From: Ignavibacteriota bacterium
GTDB lineage: Bacteria; Bacteroidota; Ignavibacteria; UBA10030
Reading direction: 5' to 3'
NCBI GenBank assembly: GCA_963727825.1
Contig: CAVSHO010000008.1
Span: 32,001 to 96,000, forward strand
Length of the DNA stretch: 64,000 nt
Of the stretch, positions 40,101 to 54,427 are shown in pieces. The first letter of the stretch is position 1; every line of letters starts with the position of its first letter. The translations under genes and the position numbers were made by a program. The notes beneath the pieces were generated by a model. The model made no database searches. It saw only the letters and a program-made list of their open reading frames with translations, and was not told the DNA's origin.

Positions 40101-40478
40101 ATGTCAGTCGTTGCTGAAATCGTAGAAAAGATTGAAAAGCTTACACTCCTCGAAGCCGTTGAATTGAAGAAGGCACTCGAAGAGAAATTTGGTGTTACTG
40201 CCGCTGCTCCAGTAATGATGGGCGCTGCATCAGCCGCCGCTGCACCAGCAGCAGTAGCAGAAGAAAAGACAGAGTTCAATGTTGAACTGAAGAGCGCCGG
40301 TGCACAGAAGATAAACGTTATTAAAGTTGTTCGCGCGGCCACTGGTCTCGGCTTGAAAGAAGCCAAAGACCTTGTCGATGGCGCGCCAAAGACTGTGAAA
40401 GAAAGTCTTTCAAAAGACGATGCTGAAAAACTGAAAAAAGAGCTCGAAGAAGCTGGCGCTACAGTAGAGCTTAAATAA
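40101..40478 (+). CDS. rplL: 50S ribosomal protein L7/L12
   Basis: EEKTEF and [11 protein letters not shown] motifs. Confidence 0.98.
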   Translation: MSVVAEIVEKIEKLTLLEAVELKKALEEKFGVTAAAPVMMGAASAAAAPAAVAEEKTEFNVELKSAGAQKINVIKVVRAATGLGLKEAKDLVDGAPKTVKESLSKDDAEKLKKELEEAGATVELK

Positions 40479-40591
40479 ATTGAGTGGCAAATCCTTTCTG
40501 CCTGCCAATAAAATTTTCCAAGAGTGGCAAGCGGATGTACGAACTAAGCAAATGAAAAATTTGTTAAGAACGTGAAGGATGTATAGGTCGC

Positions 40592-40639
40592 TAAGCCGAT
40601 AGTTCTCTCGATAATTCGGGTTTAGGAACTCTCGGCTTA
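40592..40639 (+). other. Hairpin in the rpoB leader (attenuator or processing-site candidate)
   Basis: taagccga.agttc..gaact.tcggctta stem. Confidence 0.45.
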
Positions 40640-40743
40640 TGCTGTATATAGAAGAGCACTATACGATCGTTTTTAATTTTTTTAATTGAAATTTATTGTT
40701 CAACCGGAACGGTTGAAATCAAAAATCTTAATATCATCAAGGA

Positions 40744-43700
40744 GTGGTTACGTTGAAAAACCAATCCAACGGTTCCAAAGAACGTGTCTCATTTGCACGC
40801 ATCCCGTCAGTTATAGAAACGCCTGACTTATTGAACGTCCAGATCGATTCGTTCAATAATTTTCTTCAAGCCGATATACCTCCGCATCGCAGGAAGAAAC
40901 TTGGTTTGCAGCAAGTGTTTGAAATGAATTTTCCAATCACTGATGCACGCGAGAATTTTCTCCTCGAGTTCTCAGAATATTATGTCGAGAAGCCGAAGTA
41001 TTCCGTTGTCGAATGTCAAGAACGAGGTCTGACATTCGCTGTTCCGTTAAAAGCAAAACTGCGATTGTCTGCCAAGAAAGAAGGCGGAAAAGAATTTGTC
41101 GATACAATTGAACAGGAAGTCTATCTAGGTAATCTTCCTGCTATGACACATCGCGGTACGTTCATCATTAATGGTGCTGAGCGTGTGGTAGTAAGTCAGT
41201 TGCACCGTTCGCCTGGTGTGTTCTTTGGTGAATCGATTCACCCGAATGGTACTATGATGTATTCTGCGCGCATCATTCCATTTCGCGGGTCATGGGTAGA
41301 ATTTGCTACCGATATAAATAATGTGATGTATGCATACATAGACAGAAAGAAAAAATTTCCGGTCACAACATTGCTTCGTGCATTGGGATATTCTTCAGAC
41401 GACGATATTCTCGATTTATTTGGACTTGTAGAAGAGATCGAAATAGCAAAGGTTGATTTGAAAGATTTCGTTGACCGAAAAGTATGCAGCGATGTGTTTG
41501 ATAAAAAAACGGGTGAAGTCTTCATCAACAAAGATACGAAACTCACCGAAGAGCATATCAAACAAATTAAAAAAACAAACTTGAAAAGGCTTCGCCTGCT
41601 CAAGACCGATGATGCGGCATCGAGCTCCGTTATCGCGAACACTATACTCAAAGATGCTGCACGTTCCTCTGAAGATGCGTTAGAGGCAATTTATACACAA
41701 TTGCGTTCTGGAGAAGCCCCGGATCTTGACACCGCAAAAAATCTGATTGACAGATTGTTCTTCAATCCTAAACGTTACGATCTTGGTGATGTCGGTAGAC
41801 ACCGGATGAATATTAAACTCAACTTGAGCATTCCTGAAGATGTTACCACGTTGACAAAAGATGACATCATTGCGATCGTAAAATATTTAATTGATCTTCA
41901 GCAAGGCAAGCGGGCAGTGGACGACATCGATCACTTGGGAAATCGTCGTGTACGAACGGTTGGCGAACAACTCGCTCAGCAATTTAATATCGGATTGTCT
42001 CGCATGACGCGCACGATTCGTGAACGAATGAATTTGCGCGATGCAGAAACAATTACGCCGCAAGATTTAGTAAATGCTCGAACGATTACAAGTGTCATCA
42101 ATGCATTCTTTGGAACAAACCAACTTTCACAGTTTCTCGATCAAACGAATCCACTGGCAGAAATGACGCATAAGCGTCGTGTCTCTGCACTCGGACCAGG
42201 CGGTCTTACACGCGAACGCGCTGGTTTCGAAGTCCGTGACGTGCATTATACTCATTACGGCCGGCTTTGCCCCATTGAAACGCCGGAAGGTCCGAACATC
42301 GGTTTAATTTCCTCGCTCTGCATACACGCGCGCATTAATGATTTCGGATTCATTGAAACGCCTTACCGTAAAGTGAAGAACGGCAAAGTTGTAGAGGAGA
42401 TTGAATTCCTGACCGCTGAACGCGAAGATGCAGTGACGATAGCTCAAGCAAACGCGATTCTAGATGACCACGGACGTTTTACTGAAGAAAAAGTAAAAGC
42501 GAGATACCAGAGCGACTATCCGGTTACTGAACCGGATAAGATTCAATATATGGATGTCGCACCGAATCAAATCGTTAGCGCAGCGGCAGCGTTGATTCCG
42601 TTCCTCGAGCATGACGACGCAAACCGTGCATTGATGGGATCGAACATGCAGCGGCAGGCAGTCCCATTATTACAACCGGAAGCGCCTATAGTAGGAACAG
42701 GATTGGAAGAAACCATTGCCCGTGACTCAAGAACCATTATAGTTGCGGAGCGCAATGGTACCGTTGAGTCTGTGGATGGTGATAGCATTGTCGTGTTATA
42801 CGATATTGATGAAAACAGCAATGAGGCAATCATCAGTTTTGATGACAAGCGACGTGTCGAATATAAGTTGACAAAATTCCTCCGAACAAATCAAGACACT
42901 TGCATCAACCAGAAACCAGTGGTAAAAGAAGGTCAACGCTTCAAGAAAAATGATGTCTTAGTCGATGGGTGTGCCACAGACGGCGGGGAATTAGCACTTG
43001 GCAGAAATATTCTGGTAGCGTTTATGCCTTGGCGCGGGTACAATTTCGAAGACGCAATCATCGTCAGCGAACGAATTGTATCCGAAGATGTCTTTACTTC
43101 CGTGCATATTGAAGAATTTGAACTTCAAGTTCGGGATACAAAACGCGGCGAAGAAGAACTAACACGCGAAATTCCGAACGTCAGTGAAGAAGCAACAAAA
43201 GATCTCGACGAGAATGGAGTGATCCGAATCGGTGCAGAAGTTAATGAGGGCGATATTCTCATTGGCAAGATTACACCTAAAGGTGAAACAGATCCAACGC
43301 CGGAAGAAAAACTCTTGAAAGCGATCTTCGGAGAAAAAGCCGGTGATGTGAAAGATGCCTCGCTAAAAGCTCCTCCGGGCATGAAAGGAATTGTCATTTC
43401 AACGAAACTCTTCAGCCGGAAGAAGAAAGATACAGAGAGTAAGAAAGAAGACAAGAAAAAGTTAGAGTCGCTTGAAAGATCGCGCCGTAAAGAAATGAAA
43501 GATTTACAGGAGAAACTTGGATATAAATTGGACCAAGTGCTAAATGGCGAAAAGTCAATCGGTATTAGAGATACGGATGGAGAAATTGCAATCCGCGCTG
43601 GTGTCGTTTTCAAAGACGATACATTCCAAAAAATGGAGAATCTGGAAAAGCTTGATTTTAATCAAGAGTGGATTGATGACAAACGGAAATATAATACGGT

Positions 43701-44529
43701 TGTCCGTATTTTTGAAAACTTCCATCAGAAAATGAGCGAGATCCAAGAGCTTTATCGCCATGAAAAAAATAAAATTCAGCTTGGCGATGAACTTGCACCG
43801 GGAATTGTTCAGCTGGCAAAAGTATATGTCGCTAAAAAGCGTAAGCTCCAAGTAGGCGATAAGATGGCAGGGCGTCATGGAAATAAGGGTGTTGTTTCCA
43901 TTATTGTTCCTATGGAAGATATGCCTTTCCTTCCAGATGGTCATCCGGTTGACATTGTGCTCAACCCGTTGGGCGTGCCATCCCGCATGAATTTGGGGCA
44001 ATTGTTTGAAGTGGCGCTTGGCTGGGCTGGGCTTAAGCTCCAAGTTAAATTTGCATCACCAATCTTCGATGGTGCAAAATGGGAAGAAGTACAGGGATGG
44101 TTAGAGAAAGCCGGACTAAGCAAAACCTCGAAGTCAGTGCTAATAAATGGACGCACTGGCGAGCCGTTCGATCAGGAAATTTCAGTTGGATATATGTACA
44201 TGATGAAATTATCGCATATGGTGGATGATAAAATCCACGCGCGATCTATCGGGCCATACTCTCTCATTACACAGCAGCCATTGGGCGGCAAGGCGCAATT
44301 CGGAGGACAGCGTTTTGGTGAAATGGAAGTGTGGGCACTCGAAGGATATGGCGCGGCCAGCATCTTGCAAGAGATACTCACCGTGAAGTCAGATGACGTG
44401 CTCGGACGCGCGAAAGTATACGAATCCATAGTGAAAGGTGACAACCTTCCAGAATCAAATATCCCTGAATCGTTTAATGTGCTCGTTCGCGAGTTGCAAG
44501 GATTAGGTCTGGAAATGAAGATTGAGTGA
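40744..44529 (+). CDS. rpoB: RNA polymerase beta subunit
   Basis: [43 protein letters not shown] motifs; start GTG 40744 or TTG 40753. Confidence 0.99.
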   Translation: MVTLKNQSNGSKERVSFARIPSVIETPDLLNVQIDSFNNFLQADIPPHRRKKLGLQQVFEMNFPITDARENFLLEFSEYYVEKPKYSVVECQERGLTFAVPLKAKLRLSAKKEGGKEFVDTIEQEVYLGNLPAMTHRGTFIINGAERVVVSQLHRSPGVFFGESIHPNGTMMYSARIIPFRGSWVEFATDINNVMYAYIDRKKKFPVTTLLRALGYSSDDDILDLFGLVEEIEIAKVDLKDFVDRKVCSDVFDKKTGEVFINKDTKLTEEHIKQIKKTNLKRLRLLKTDDAASSSVIANTILKDAARSSEDALEAIYTQLRSGEAPDLDTAKNLIDRLFFNPKRYDLGDVGRHRMNIKLNLSIPEDVTTLTKDDIIAIVKYLIDLQQGKRAVDDIDHLGNRRVRTVGEQLAQQFNIGLSRMTRTIRERMNLRDAETITPQDLVNARTITSVINAFFGTNQLSQFLDQTNPLAEMTHKRRVSALGPGGLTRERAGFEVRDVHYTHYGRLCPIETPEGPNIGLISSLCIHARINDFGFIETPYRKVKNGKVVEEIEFLTAEREDAVTIAQANAILDDHGRFTEEKVKARYQSDYPVTEPDKIQYMDVAPNQIVSAAAALIPFLEHDDANRALMGSNMQRQAVPLLQPEAPIVGTGLEETIARDSRTIIVAERNGTVESVDGDSIVVLYDIDENSNEAIISFDDKRRVEYKLTKFLRTNQDTCINQKPVVKEGQRFKKNDVLVDGCATDGGELALGRNILVAFMPWRGYNFEDAIIVSERIVSEDVFTSVHIEEFELQVRDTKRGEEELTREIPNVSEEATKDLDENGVIRIGAEVNEGDILIGKITPKGETDPTPEEKLLKAIFGEKAGDVKDASLKAPPGMKGIVISTKLFSRKKKDTESKKEDKKKLESLERSRRKEMKDLQEKLGYKLDQVLNGEKSIGIRDTDGEIAIRAGVVFKDDTFQKMENLEKLDFNQEWIDDKRKYNTVVRIFENFHQKMSEIQELYRHEKNKIQLGDELAPGIVQLAKVYVAKKRKLQVGDKMAGRHGNKGVVSIIVPMEDMPFLPDGHPVDIVLNPLGVPSRMNLGQLFEVALGWAGLKLQVKFASPIFDGAKWEEVQGWLEKAGLSKTSKSVLINGRTGEPFDQEISVGYMYMMKLSHMVDDKIHARSIGPYSLITQQPLGGKAQFGGQRFGEMEVWALEGYGAASILQEILTVKSDDVLGRAKVYESIVKGDNLPESNIPESFNVLVRELQGLGLEMKIE

Positions 44530-44601
44530 TCGTGATATGGGCTGCTCAAATGCAGAAATTACTCATTCAATAATGAACACAGTTTGATTGATGGAGGCGA
44601 T

Positions 44602-47600
44602 ATGCCTTATACAGATTTAACAGCAAAGAAAACATTTTCAAAAATTACAATCAGCCTTGCGTCCCCGGATATGATTTTGAGCCGCTCGCACGGTGAAGTG
44701 ACGAAACCGGAGACGATTAATTATCGTTCATTCCGTCCTGAGAAGGATGGATTATTTTGCGAAAAGATTTTTGGTCCGGTGCGCGATTGGGAATGCCATT
44801 GCGGAAAATACAAACGCATACGCTACAAAGGTATAACTTGCGATCGTTGCGGTGTTGAAGTGACGCAAAAGAGTGTCCGCCGCGAACGACAGGGACATAT
44901 TTCATTGGCGGTGCCGGTTGTGCATATTTGGTATTTCCGTTCTGTTCCAAGCAAGATTGGCACAATCCTTGGAATCGCTGGCAAGGAACTGGAAAAAATT
45001 ATTTATTATGAATCTTATGTTGTAGTTAGTCCTGGTACTACCGGTTTGCAGCGACTCGACTTGATTTCTGAGGATCAGTATATAGAAATTCTTTCTTCCC
45101 TTCCTGAAGAAAATCAGGAATTGGACGATGACGATCCTAAGAAATTTATTGCGAAAATGGGTGGCGATGCGATGAAGGATCTTCTCAGGCGCGTGAATGT
45201 AGATGACCTGGCAGCGGAATTACGCTCGCAACTTGCAACTGAAACATCTATGCAAAAAAAGCAGGACGCGTTGAAGCGTTTACGCGTTGTTGAAGCGTTC
45301 CGCAATCCTGAAAGCGGCGCTGCTAATAAACCAGAGTGGATGATATTGGATGTCATCCCCGTTATCCCGCCTGAACTGCGGCCTTTAGTTCCCTTAGAAG
45401 GTGGACGATTTGCAACATCGGATTTGAACGATCTATATCGCCGTGTTATTATTCGTAACAATCGGTTAAAACGGCTCATCGAAATTAAAGCTCCGGAAGT
45501 TATTTTGCGGAATGAAAAACGCATGCTGCAAGAATCAGTTGATTCGCTTTTCGACAACTCTCGCCGCGTCAATGCAGTACGTTCCGATAATAATCGTGCA
45601 CTTAAATCGCTTTCCGATATGCTCAAAGGGAAGCAAGGACGCTTCCGTCAGAATTTGCTTGGCAAACGCGTAGATTATTCCGGTCGTTCGGTCATTGTGG
45701 TTGGACCCGAATTGCAATTGCATCAGTGTGGCTTGCCGAAAGATATGGCAGTCGAGTTATTCAAACCACACATCATCCGTAAGCTTATCGAGCGCGGATT
45801 AGTTAAGACAGTGAAAAGCGCAAAGAAGATGGTTGACAAGAAGGGTCCGGAAGTATGGGACATCTTAGAGAACATCATCGATGGGCATCCGGTTATGTTA
45901 AACCGCGCACCTACGCTACACAGACTTGGCATTCAAGCATTCCAGCCTGTGCTGGTTGAAGGCAAGGCTATTCGCGTTCATCCGATGGTCTGTACAGCAT
46001 TCAATGCAGATTTTGACGGCGACCAGATGGCGGTACACGTACCGCTTTCGTATGAAGCACAGCTTGAAGCCCGTATGCTGATGCTATCGAGCCATAATAT
46101 CCTTTCCCCTGCAAGCGGTGCTCCCATTGTGAAACCGACACAAGATCAAGTATTAGGCTGCTACTATCTAACAAAATCCAAAACAGGTGATCTCGGAGAA
46201 GGAAAGATATTTTCTTCACCGCAGGAAGTCATCATTGCGTATGATCAAGAGAGACTTGGATTACACGCAAGGATTAAAGTGCGAATGAATGGCGAGCTGA
46301 TCGAAACGACAACAGGGCGCATTATATTTAATCAGATCGTTCCAAAGGAAATTCCGTTTGTGAATGAATTGCTGAACAATAAACGTCTTGTACAGATTAT
46401 CTCGACGGTGTTTCGTCGATGCGGAAATCTCGTTACAGCAAACTTCCTGGATCAATTGAAGACATTAGGATTTACCTATGCAACAAAGGGTGGACTCTCT
46501 GTTTCCATCGGCGATGTTGTTATTCCACAAGAAAAAATTGATCTCGTTAAAAAAGCACAAAAGGATGTTGAAAATGTAGAATCGCAATACTTCCGCGGTT
46601 TCATTACCAATGGTGAGCGCTATAATAAAGTAATTGACATTTGGACTCGCGTTACAAGCAGAATTGCAGATCGATTATTTGATGCTTTGCAGCATGATCG
46701 AAATGGATTTAACTCTCTTTATATGATGGTTGATTCAGGTGCACGCGGTTCGAAGGAACAAGTTCGTCAGCTTGCCGGTATGCGTGGATTAATGGCTAAA
46801 CCGCAAAAAAGTATGTCGGGTGCAACAGGAGAATTAATCGAGAACCCGATCATCGCAAACTTCCGCGAAGGTCTTTCTATTTTGGAGTATTTCATATCTA
46901 CGCACGGTGCTCGTAAAGGTCTTGCTGATACCGCATTGAAAACAGCCGATGCAGGTTATTTAACGCGCCGATTGATCGACGTCGCGCAAGATGCAATCAT
47001 TGGTGAAATCGATTGTGGTACAATCAAAGGTGTTACAACTAGTGCTCTGAAAGAAGCAGAAGATATTAAAGAACCGTTGGCAGAACGCATTCTTGGCCGT
47101 GTATCGCTGCAAGATATTGTAGATCCGATTTCAAAAGAAGTGATTGTACACGGCGGTGATCTTATCGATGAAGAAAAATCGCAGCAAATTACTGAAACAT
47201 CTATAGAAACAGTTATCATTCGCTCTGTACTCACTTGCGACTCACGTCGTGGTGTGTGTGCAAAATGTTATGGCCGTGACCTCACTACAGGAAATCTTGT
47301 TGAACCGGGAATGGCGGTTGGTGTTATTGCCGCACAATCAATCGGTGAACCTGGCACGCAGTTAACATTACGTACGTTCCATACAGGAGGTACAGCAAGT
47401 CTCATTGCTGCACAATCACAAATCATTTCCAAGTTTGATGGACATGTGAAATATGATGGAATTAAATTCATCGAGTTCAATAAAGAAGATACAACCCGTT
47501 TAATGGTATCTGGCAGAAGCGGGGTAATCAATGTATTGGATAACGACAATCGTATGCTCACGAAATACGATGTACCATATGGCGCAACATTGTTGGTGCG

Positions 47601-48888
47601 CGATGGTGCGAAAGTTACAAAAGGCGAACTCGTTTATGAATGGGATCCGTACAATGCGGTTATTGTTTCGGAATATGGTGGAACCGTCGAATATATTGAT
47701 ATGAAAGAGAACTTAACATATCGTGAAGAACCGGATGAACAGACGGGACACATTCAAAAAGTCGTAATTGATAGCCGCGAAAAGAGTCTCATCCCCGGAA
47801 TTGCAATTATTAATAAAAAGGGACACAAAGTTTCATCATACCCCATTCCAACGCGGGCGCATTTAAATGTCGATGATGGCGAAGAAATTCAAGCTGGCGC
47901 AATTTTGGTAAAAATTCCTCGTGACATTGGTAAGACACGCGATATTACTGGCGGCTTACCTCGTGTTACCGAACTTTTTGAGGCGCGGCATCCAAACGAT
48001 CCGGCTGTCGTCGGCGAAATTGATGGAACAATATCCATTGGCCAACCTAAGCGCGGTTCTCGAGAAGTGTTTATCGAAAGCCTAGATGGCAAAGATAAAC
48101 GTACATATCTCGTTCCGTTAGGCAAACACCTTTTAGTTCAAGACGGAGATTTAATTCGGGCAGGCGAACGCTTATCTGCGGGTTCTATTGATCCGCATGA
48201 CATTTTAAGGATTAAGGGAACGACTGCGGTGCAGGAATATCTTGTGAACGAAATCCAAGAAGTTTATCGTATGCAAGGTGTTAAAATAAATGATAAGCAT
48301 ATCGAAGTGATTGTGCGGCAAATGATGCAGAAGGTACGGATTGCAGATCAAGGTGATACGAAATATCTTGAAGGCGATCATATCGATAAAAACTTATTAA
48401 ACGACGAAAATGAAAATCTCACAGATAAAGTCATTATTGTTGGCAAGGGTGATTCGAAGTTGAAGAACGGGCAAGTAGCTCCGAAGAGAACTGTACGTGA
48501 AATAAATACTGATCTTAAGAAAAAGTTGAAGAAGGTTGCTGAATTCCGCGATGCATTGCAAGCTACATCGGATCCAATTCTTCTCGGTATTACACAAGCA
48601 TCCCTAACAACTGAAAGCTTTATTTCCGCTGCATCGTTCCAAGAAACAACAAAAGTGCTGACAGATGCGGCGATAGAGGGAAAAATAGATCATCTACTCG
48701 GTCTGAAAGAAAATGTTATTATGGGACATCTCATTCCAGCAGGAACAGGACAAAGAAAGTTCAAGGACATCATTGTTACTGCGCCGGAGCCGGTTCTACC
48801 AGATGCGGTTGAAGAGATTTCTGGAGAGGCAAATACATCTGAATTCGAAACAAAAAAAATCAAGCGGAAAGTGAAATTGGTAGAATAG
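44602..48888 (+). CDS. rpoC: RNA polymerase beta' subunit
   Basis: NADFDGDQM catalytic motif; zinc fingers; GGAGG SD. Confidence 0.99.
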   Translation: MPYTDLTAKKTFSKITISLASPDMILSRSHGEVTKPETINYRSFRPEKDGLFCEKIFGPVRDWECHCGKYKRIRYKGITCDRCGVEVTQKSVRRERQGHISLAVPVVHIWYFRSVPSKIGTILGIAGKELEKIIYYESYVVVSPGTTGLQRLDLISEDQYIEILSSLPEENQELDDDDPKKFIAKMGGDAMKDLLRRVNVDDLAAELRSQLATETSMQKKQDALKRLRVVEAFRNPESGAANKPEWMILDVIPVIPPELRPLVPLEGGRFATSDLNDLYRRVIIRNNRLKRLIEIKAPEVILRNEKRMLQESVDSLFDNSRRVNAVRSDNNRALKSLSDMLKGKQGRFRQNLLGKRVDYSGRSVIVVGPELQLHQCGLPKDMAVELFKPHIIRKLIERGLVKTVKSAKKMVDKKGPEVWDILENIIDGHPVMLNRAPTLHRLGIQAFQPVLVEGKAIRVHPMVCTAFNADFDGDQMAVHVPLSYEAQLEARMLMLSSHNILSPASGAPIVKPTQDQVLGCYYLTKSKTGDLGEGKIFSSPQEVIIAYDQERLGLHARIKVRMNGELIETTTGRIIFNQIVPKEIPFVNELLNNKRLVQIISTVFRRCGNLVTANFLDQLKTLGFTYATKGGLSVSIGDVVIPQEKIDLVKKAQKDVENVESQYFRGFITNGERYNKVIDIWTRVTSRIADRLFDALQHDRNGFNSLYMMVDSGARGSKEQVRQLAGMRGLMAKPQKSMSGATGELIENPIIANFREGLSILEYFISTHGARKGLADTALKTADAGYLTRRLIDVAQDAIIGEIDCGTIKGVTTSALKEAEDIKEPLAERILGRVSLQDIVDPISKEVIVHGGDLIDEEKSQQITETSIETVIIRSVLTCDSRRGVCAKCYGRDLTTGNLVEPGMAVGVIAAQSIGEPGTQLTLRTFHTGGTASLIAAQSQIISKFDGHVKYDGIKFIEFNKEDTTRLMVSGRSGVINVLDNDNRMLTKYDVPYGATLLVRDGAKVTKGELVYEWDPYNAVIVSEYGGTVEYIDMKENLTYREEPDEQTGHIQKVVIDSREKSLIPGIAIINKKGHKVSSYPIPTRAHLNVDDGEEIQAGAILVKIPRDIGKTRDITGGLPRVTELFEARHPNDPAVVGEIDGTISIGQPKRGSREVFIESLDGKDKRTYLVPLGKHLLVQDGDLIRAGERLSAGSIDPHDILRIKGTTAVQEYLVNEIQEVYRMQGVKINDKHIEVIVRQMMQKVRIADQGDTKYLEGDHIDKNLLNDENENLTDKVIIVGKGDSKLKNGQVAPKRTVREINTDLKKKLKKVAEFRDALQATSDPILLGITQASLTTESFISAASFQETTKVLTDAAIEGKIDHLLGLKENVIMGHLIPAGTGQRKFKDIIVTAPEPVLPDAVEEISGEANTSEFETKKIKRKVKLVE

Positions 48889-48912
48889 TTTTCCAATATT
48901 AGAAATTATACG

Positions 48913-48941
48913 TTGACTTCTAAAGTAAAAAACATTATATT
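48913..48941 (+). promoter_or_regulatory. Sigma70-type promoter of the str operon
   Basis: TTGACT-N17-TATATT. Confidence 0.65.
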
Positions 48942-48990
48942 AAACAACTTTTAGTTAATGTAAAAAATAGGAAATTTTGGAGAGTCTCAA

Positions 48991-49365
48991 TTGCCAACAG
49001 TTAATCAGCTTATTAAAGATAGTCGAGATAGGGTGCTTTGGAAAAGCAAATCTCCTGCTCTCGGTGGCAACCCTCAAAAAAGGGGTGTATGTACGCGTGT
49101 ATATACCACCACTCCAAAGAAACCTAATTCAGCCTTGCGTAAAGTTGCACGTGTTCGGTTGACAAATGGGATTGAAGTAACCGCATATATCCCTGGCGAA
49201 GGACATAACCTTCAAGAGCATTCGATTGTCCTTATTCGTGGTGGAAGAGTTAAGGACTTACCGGGAGTGCGTTACCATATTATTCGCGGTACTTTGGATA
49301 CGCAAGGTGTGCAGGATCGAAAGCAAGGACGTTCAAAATACGGAGCAAAGAAACCTAAGCAGTAA
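48991..49365 (+). CDS. rpsL: 30S ribosomal protein S12
   Basis: [10 protein letters not shown] and [10 protein letters not shown] motifs; TTG start. Confidence 0.99.
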   Translation: MPTVNQLIKDSRDRVLWKSKSPALGGNPQKRGVCTRVYTTTPKKPNSALRKVARVRLTNGIEVTAYIPGEGHNLQEHSIVLIRGGRVKDLPGVRYHIIRGTLDTQGVQDRKQGRSKYGAKKPKQ

Positions 49366-49376
49366 TATAATAACCG

Positions 49377-49844
49377 ATGAGAAAAAAAAGAGCCATACGA
49401 AGGCGTGTAACGCCAGATCCAAAGTTCGGTGATGAACTTATTTCCCGTTTTGTGAACAGCGTATTGAAGGACGGGAAAAAGAATATAGCCCGTAATATCG
49501 TTTATAGTGCACTTGATCAAATTGCACAAAAAACTGAAAAGAATCCCTTAGAAGTATTTAAAAAAGCGGTAGACAACGCGTCTCCGCTGATTGAAGTTAG
49601 AGCACGAAGAGTTGGTGGTGCGACCTATCAGGTTCCTACAGAAGTTCGTCTCGAGCGACGAACCGCTCTTGCAATTCGTTGGCTTATTACTTATGCCCAA
49701 GAACGCTCGGATAAATCAATGGTACAAAAGCTTGCAGCAGAGTTGCTTGCTGCGTCTTCAGGTGAAGGTGGTGCGGTGAAGAAGAAAGATGATGTACACC
49801 GTATGGCCGAAGCTAATAAAGCTTTTGCACATTTTAGATGGTAA
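49377..49844 (+). CDS. rpsG: 30S ribosomal protein S7
   Basis: RRVGGATYQVP and MAEANKAFAHFRW motifs. Confidence 0.99.
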   Translation: MRKKRAIRRRVTPDPKFGDELISRFVNSVLKDGKKNIARNIVYSALDQIAQKTEKNPLEVFKKAVDNASPLIEVRARRVGGATYQVPTEVRLERRTALAIRWLITYAQERSDKSMVQKLAAELLAASSGEGGAVKKKDDVHRMAEANKAFAHFRW

Positions 49845-49915
49845 TTTAAAATAGCTGTATTTAATCCGCCCAGTCTTGAATAATCGAGTCTGTGGGTTGG
49901 AGTGTGTAATAAATT

Positions 49916-52018
49916 ATGCCTCGTGAGTATTCTTTAGAAAAAACTAGAAATATTGGCATCATGGCACATATTGATGCCGGCAAGACGACTACGACAGAAC
50001 GTATTTTGTTCTATACTGGTAGGACACATCGTATCGGTGAAGTACATGACGGTGCTGCGACAATGGATTGGATGGAGCAGGAAAAAGAACGTGGTATCAC
50101 TATTACAAGTGCGGCGACAACTTGTTTCTGGCGTGATCATCAAATTAATATTATCGATACTCCGGGCCATGTGGATTTTACGATTGAAGTCGAGCGCTCG
50201 CTTCGCGTGCTCGATGGTGCTGTTGCGTTGTTCTGTTCAGTTGGCGGTGTAGAGCCGCAATCTGAAACAGTCTGGCGGCAAGCCGATAAGTATGGCGTGC
50301 CTCGAATAGCATTTGTAAATAAAATGGACAGAGCTGGTGCAGATTTTCTTGCTGTCGTAGATATGATGAAATCACGCCTTAAAGCAAATGCTGTCCCAGT
50401 TCAATTGCCTGTTGGTGAAGGTGATATGTTTGCTGGCATCATCGATTTGATTAAGATGAAAGCTCGAATGTATCATGAAGAGACGCAAGGTGCTACTTGG
50501 GATGAAATTGATATTCCAGCAAAACTAAAACCCAAGGCGAATGAATATCGAATAAAGATGCTCGAAGCGGTTGCTGATGAAGATGATACGTTACTCGAAA
50601 AATATCTAAACGGAAAAGAAATTTCTCCAGCAGAGATTATTCAAGTTTTACGACGTTCTACATTAAAAGGTGAAATTATTCCAGTTCTCTGCGGCTCTTC
50701 TTTTAAGAACAAAGGCGTACAAGACTTGATGGATGCAGTCGTTGACTTTTTACCAGCGCCTCTGGATATTAACAATGGAGAGATTCATGGACATCATCCT
50801 CACAAACATGATGATGTTATCCGGAAGGTGAGCGATGACGGGGCATTCACGGCATTAGCGTTTAAAATTATGAGTGATCCTTTCGTCGGCAGGTTGACAT
50901 ATTTCAGAGTTTATTCTGGGACACTTACTGCCGGTTCATATGTGCATAACATCATTACGGATCGCAAAGAACGGATTTCCCGTATCCTTCGAATGCATGC
51001 AAATCATCGTGAAGAAGTGCAAGAAGCTTATGCAGGCGATATTGTAGCTGCGATAGGTTTGAAGAATACACGCACAGGTGATACACTTTCGACAGAAGAT
51101 GATCCTATAGTTCTTGAACGTATGGAATTCCCTGATCCAGTAATCGATGTTGCTATTGAACCGAAAACGAAGGTTGATTTAGAGAAAATGGGCGAGGCAA
51201 TGCAGCGTCTCGCAGAAGAAGATCCTACATTTCGTATTTCGACGAATGAAGACACAGGACAGACAATTATCAGTGGTATGGGTGAATTGCATCTGGAAAT
51301 TATTATAGATCGAATGCGTCGTGAGTTTAATGTAGAAGCGAATGTTGGCAAGCCGCAAGTAGCTTATAAAGAAACGATTACAAAGAAAGTAACGGCTGAA
51401 GGTAAGTTCGTTCGCCAATCGGGCGGTCGTGGTCAATTTGGACATGTTTGGATTGATCTTGAACCGAATGAAAAAGGCAGAGGCTTTGAGTTTGAAAACG
51501 ATATTGTCGGTGGAGTGGTTCCAAAAGAATATATTAAACCAACCGAACAAGGTATTATCGAAGCAATGCGAAATGGAGTGCTTGCCGGATATCCAATGGA
51601 AGATGTTAAAGTAAGATTATTTGATGGATCGTTTCATGCAGTTGATTCATCGGAAATGGCATTTAAGATTGCAGGCTCCATCGCGTTTCAAGAGGGAGCA
51701 AAAAAAGCCGGGCCGGTGTTGCTTGAACCAGTAATGTCAGTTGAGGTTGTAACTCCTGAAGAATATCTTGGCGATGTCATGGGCGATCTTAATTCGCGCC
51801 GTGGCAAAATCGAAGGAATGACTCCAAGAAAAGATGCTCAGGTTATTAAGGCGCATGTACCTCTATCAGAAATGTTTGGCTATGCGACTCAGCTTCGTTC
51901 AATGACACAGGGTAGATCGCTCTATACAATGCAGTTTTCACACTATGAACCTGTGCCAAAAAATATTGCAGAAGAAATTGTGGAAAAAGTTCGCGGTAAA
52001 AGAAATGTAGCCGCGTAA
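49916..52018 (+). CDS. fusA: Elongation factor G
   Basis: [14 protein letters not shown] and DTPGHVDF motifs. Confidence 0.99.
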   Translation: MPREYSLEKTRNIGIMAHIDAGKTTTTERILFYTGRTHRIGEVHDGAATMDWMEQEKERGITITSAATTCFWRDHQINIIDTPGHVDFTIEVERSLRVLDGAVALFCSVGGVEPQSETVWRQADKYGVPRIAFVNKMDRAGADFLAVVDMMKSRLKANAVPVQLPVGEGDMFAGIIDLIKMKARMYHEETQGATWDEIDIPAKLKPKANEYRIKMLEAVADEDDTLLEKYLNGKEISPAEIIQVLRRSTLKGEIIPVLCGSSFKNKGVQDLMDAVVDFLPAPLDINNGEIHGHHPHKHDDVIRKVSDDGAFTALAFKIMSDPFVGRLTYFRVYSGTLTAGSYVHNIITDRKERISRILRMHANHREEVQEAYAGDIVAAIGLKNTRTGDTLSTEDDPIVLERMEFPDPVIDVAIEPKTKVDLEKMGEAMQRLAEEDPTFRISTNEDTGQTIISGMGELHLEIIIDRMRREFNVEANVGKPQVAYKETITKKVTAEGKFVRQSGGRGQFGHVWIDLEPNEKGRGFEFENDIVGGVVPKEYIKPTEQGIIEAMRNGVLAGYPMEDVKVRLFDGSFHAVDSSEMAFKIAGSIAFQEGAKKAGPVLLEPVMSVEVVTPEEYLGDVMGDLNSRRGKIEGMTPRKDAQVIKAHVPLSEMFGYATQLRSMTQGRSLYTMQFSHYEPVPKNIAEEIVEKVRGKRNVAA

Positions 52019-52065
52019 GATTTTTATTTAATCAGCACATTTATCTAATTAAAGGAGATCAATAC

Positions 52066-53276
52066 ATGGCAAAGGAAAAATTTGACCGTAGCAAGCCGCA
52101 CGTAAACGTCGGTACGATCGGCCACGTTGACCACGGAAAGACCACTCTGACGGCCGCCATCACTATGGTGCTTGCCAAAAAGGGTCTCTCCCAAATTCGA
52201 ACATTTGATTCAATTGACAATGCTCCAGAAGAAAAAGCGCGCGGAATAACGATTAACACAGCACACGTTGAATATTCTACAGAGAAGCGCCATTATGCAC
52301 ACGTGGATTGTCCGGGTCACGCTGACTATATTAAAAATATGATCACCGGTGCTGCACAAATGGACGGCGCTATACTGGTTGTTGCCGCAACAGATGGTCC
52401 TATGCCGCAAACGCGCGAACATATTTTGCTCGCTCACCAAGTAAACGTGCCGAAGATGGTAGTGTTCATGAATAAAGTGGATGCAGTCGACGATCCGGAA
52501 CTATTGGATCTTGTTGAACTAGAAGTTCGTGATTTATTGAAGAAGAACGATTTCCCCGGTGATGAAATACCTGTCATCCGCGGTTCTGCGTTGAAAGCAA
52601 TGGAAGCGGCTCTTAGGCCGGATGCGAAGACTGATGATCCTGCATTTAAATGTATTATGGAATTAATGGATGCAGTTGATAATTATATTACGTTGCCGAA
52701 GCGTGATTCAGAACGTCCGTTCCTGATGCCGATCGAAGACGTGTTTTCTATTACCGGACGCGGCACAGTCGGAACAGGTCGTGTTGAGCGTGGTAAAGCA
52801 AAGGTTAGCGATGAAGTTGAAGTCGTTGGTCTTGGCATGCATAAAAAAACAGTTATTACCGGCGCTGAAATGTTCCGCAAGGAATTGGACGAAGTGGTCG
52901 CAGGTGATAATGCAGGCTTGTTGTTGCGCGGTATTGAAAAAGATGAACTTGAACGCGGCATGGTCGTCGCAAAACCGGGAACGATTACGCCGCATACAAA
53001 ATTTACCGCACAGATCTACGTTTTAAAGAAGAAGAAGGCGGACGTCACACACCGTTCTTAACGGGATATCGTCCTCAATTTTACTTCCGAACAACTGACG
53101 TTACAGGTGTTGCTGAGTTACCAGCTGGAGTAGAAATGGTTATGCCAGGTGATAACCTCGATGCCATTAACATTGAACTAATTTCTCCCATCGCAATGGA
53201 AGAAGGACAGAGGTTTGCGGTTCGCGAAGGTGGACGCACAGTCGGTGCTGGTGTTATTACAAAGATCATAAAGTAA
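52066..53276 (+). CDS. tuf: Elongation factor Tu (1-nt deletion near 53028, probable error)
   Basis: GHVDHGKTT; adding one A restores [44 protein letters not shown]. Confidence 0.97.
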
Positions 53277-53287
53277 TTTATCGCTTA

Positions 53288-53317
53288 TTCCGCTCTTGGG
53301 GCAGCTCGAGAGCGGAG
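53288..53317 (+). other. Hairpin between tuf and rpsJ
   Basis: ttccgctcttg..cgagagcggag; no U tract. Confidence 0.5.
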
Positions 53318-53337
53318 AGTAGTCTGAGGAGTTTTAC

Positions 53338-53646
53338 TTGGCTGGACAAAAAATTAGAATAAAGCTGAAGTCATTCGATCACAATTTGATCGACAAGTCT
53401 GCAGAGAAAATTATTAAAACTGTAAAATCGACAGGTGCTATCGTATCTGGCCCGATTCCACTGCCGACTAAACGCAGTGTATATACGGTTAATCGTTCTC
53501 CGCACGTCGATAAAAAATCTCGAGAACAGTTCGAGACACGGTCGCACAAGAGGTTGATTGATATCCTCAATTCGACAAGCCGTACTGTCGATTCGCTGAT
53601 GAAGTTAGAACTTCCAGCAGGTGTCGATGTCGAGATTAAAGTATAG
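53338..53646 (+). CDS. rpsJ: 30S ribosomal protein S10
   Basis: GPIPLPT and [14 protein letters not shown] motifs. Confidence 0.99.
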   Translation: MAGQKIRIKLKSFDHNLIDKSAEKIIKTVKSTGAIVSGPIPLPTKRSVYTVNRSPHVDKKSREQFETRSHKRLIDILNSTSRTVDSLMKLELPAGVDVEIKV

Positions 53647-53770
53647 TTTTTTTACAATGTGCTTGAATGAAATGAATGTGTGCTGAGAGTAAATAGAATT
53701 TATAAAAACTCTTATGCTATAGATTATAGAGACAAAGGCTCATGCGCTGGAGCGCAAAGGAGTAGAAACA

Positions 53771-54400
53771 GTGAGTGGCATCTTAGGAAAAAAAATTGGA
53801 ATGACAAGTCTCTTCGATGAGAATGGTGAAGCAGTTCCTTGCACCGTTATCGAAGCGGGTCCGTGCTACGTCACCCAGGTCAGAACACAAGCGAAAGATG
53901 GCTATGATGCTATCCAGCTCGGTTTTGATGAGAAGAAAGACCGCCTTGTCAACAAGCCATTAAGGGGACATTTTTCAAAGGCAGCGACAAAAGCGCTGCG
54001 CTTGATGCGTGAATTCAGAGGAGTTAATGGAACTTCGATGAAGACAGGCGACGAAGTAAAGGTTGATATGTTTTCCCCTGGTGATATTGTTGACGTGAGT
54101 GGAAAATCTAAGGGTCGCGGATTTCAGGGCGTTGTGAAGCGTCATCATTTCGGCGGTGTCGGTATGACAACGCACGGCGCATCAGATCGAGTTCGCGCAC
54201 CGGGTTCTATTGGTGGAAGTTCCTATCCATCGCGTGTTTTCAAAGGTATGCGGATGGGTGGGCGGATGGGATTTGAACGCGTCACAATAAAGAATTTAAA
54301 AGTTGTCAAGGTGATACCGGAATCCAACATTCTAATTATTCGCGGTTCAGTTCCTGGTGCAATAAATGGATATTTGGAAATTGAGAAGAAGCATAATTAA
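53771..54400 (+). CDS. rplC: 50S ribosomal protein L3
   Basis: GKKIGMT and SKGRGFQGVVKRH motifs. Confidence 0.98.
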   Translation: MSGILGKKIGMTSLFDENGEAVPCTVIEAGPCYVTQVRTQAKDGYDAIQLGFDEKKDRLVNKPLRGHFSKAATKALRLMREFRGVNGTSMKTGDEVKVDMFSPGDIVDVSGKSKGRGFQGVVKRHHFGGVGMTTHGASDRVRAPGSIGGSSYPSRVFKGMRMGGRMGFERVTIKNLKVVKVIPESNILIIRGSVPGAINGYLEIEKKHN

Positions 54401-54427
54401 GGGTTTCCTCGTAAGGAAAAAGTTACC

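Noticed and set aside
40744-49365. Inteins or resistance substitutions in rpoB, rpoC or rpsL
   Set aside because: Lengths are ordinary with no intein motifs; the Rif-pocket Q/D/H/S residues and the S12 PKKPNS and RVKDLP motifs are wild-type-like.
53020-53040. Programmed frameshift in tuf
   Set aside because: No precedent I know of for such a highly expressed gene, no stimulatory structure seen, and the site is in an AAG repeat within a sequence showing other indels.
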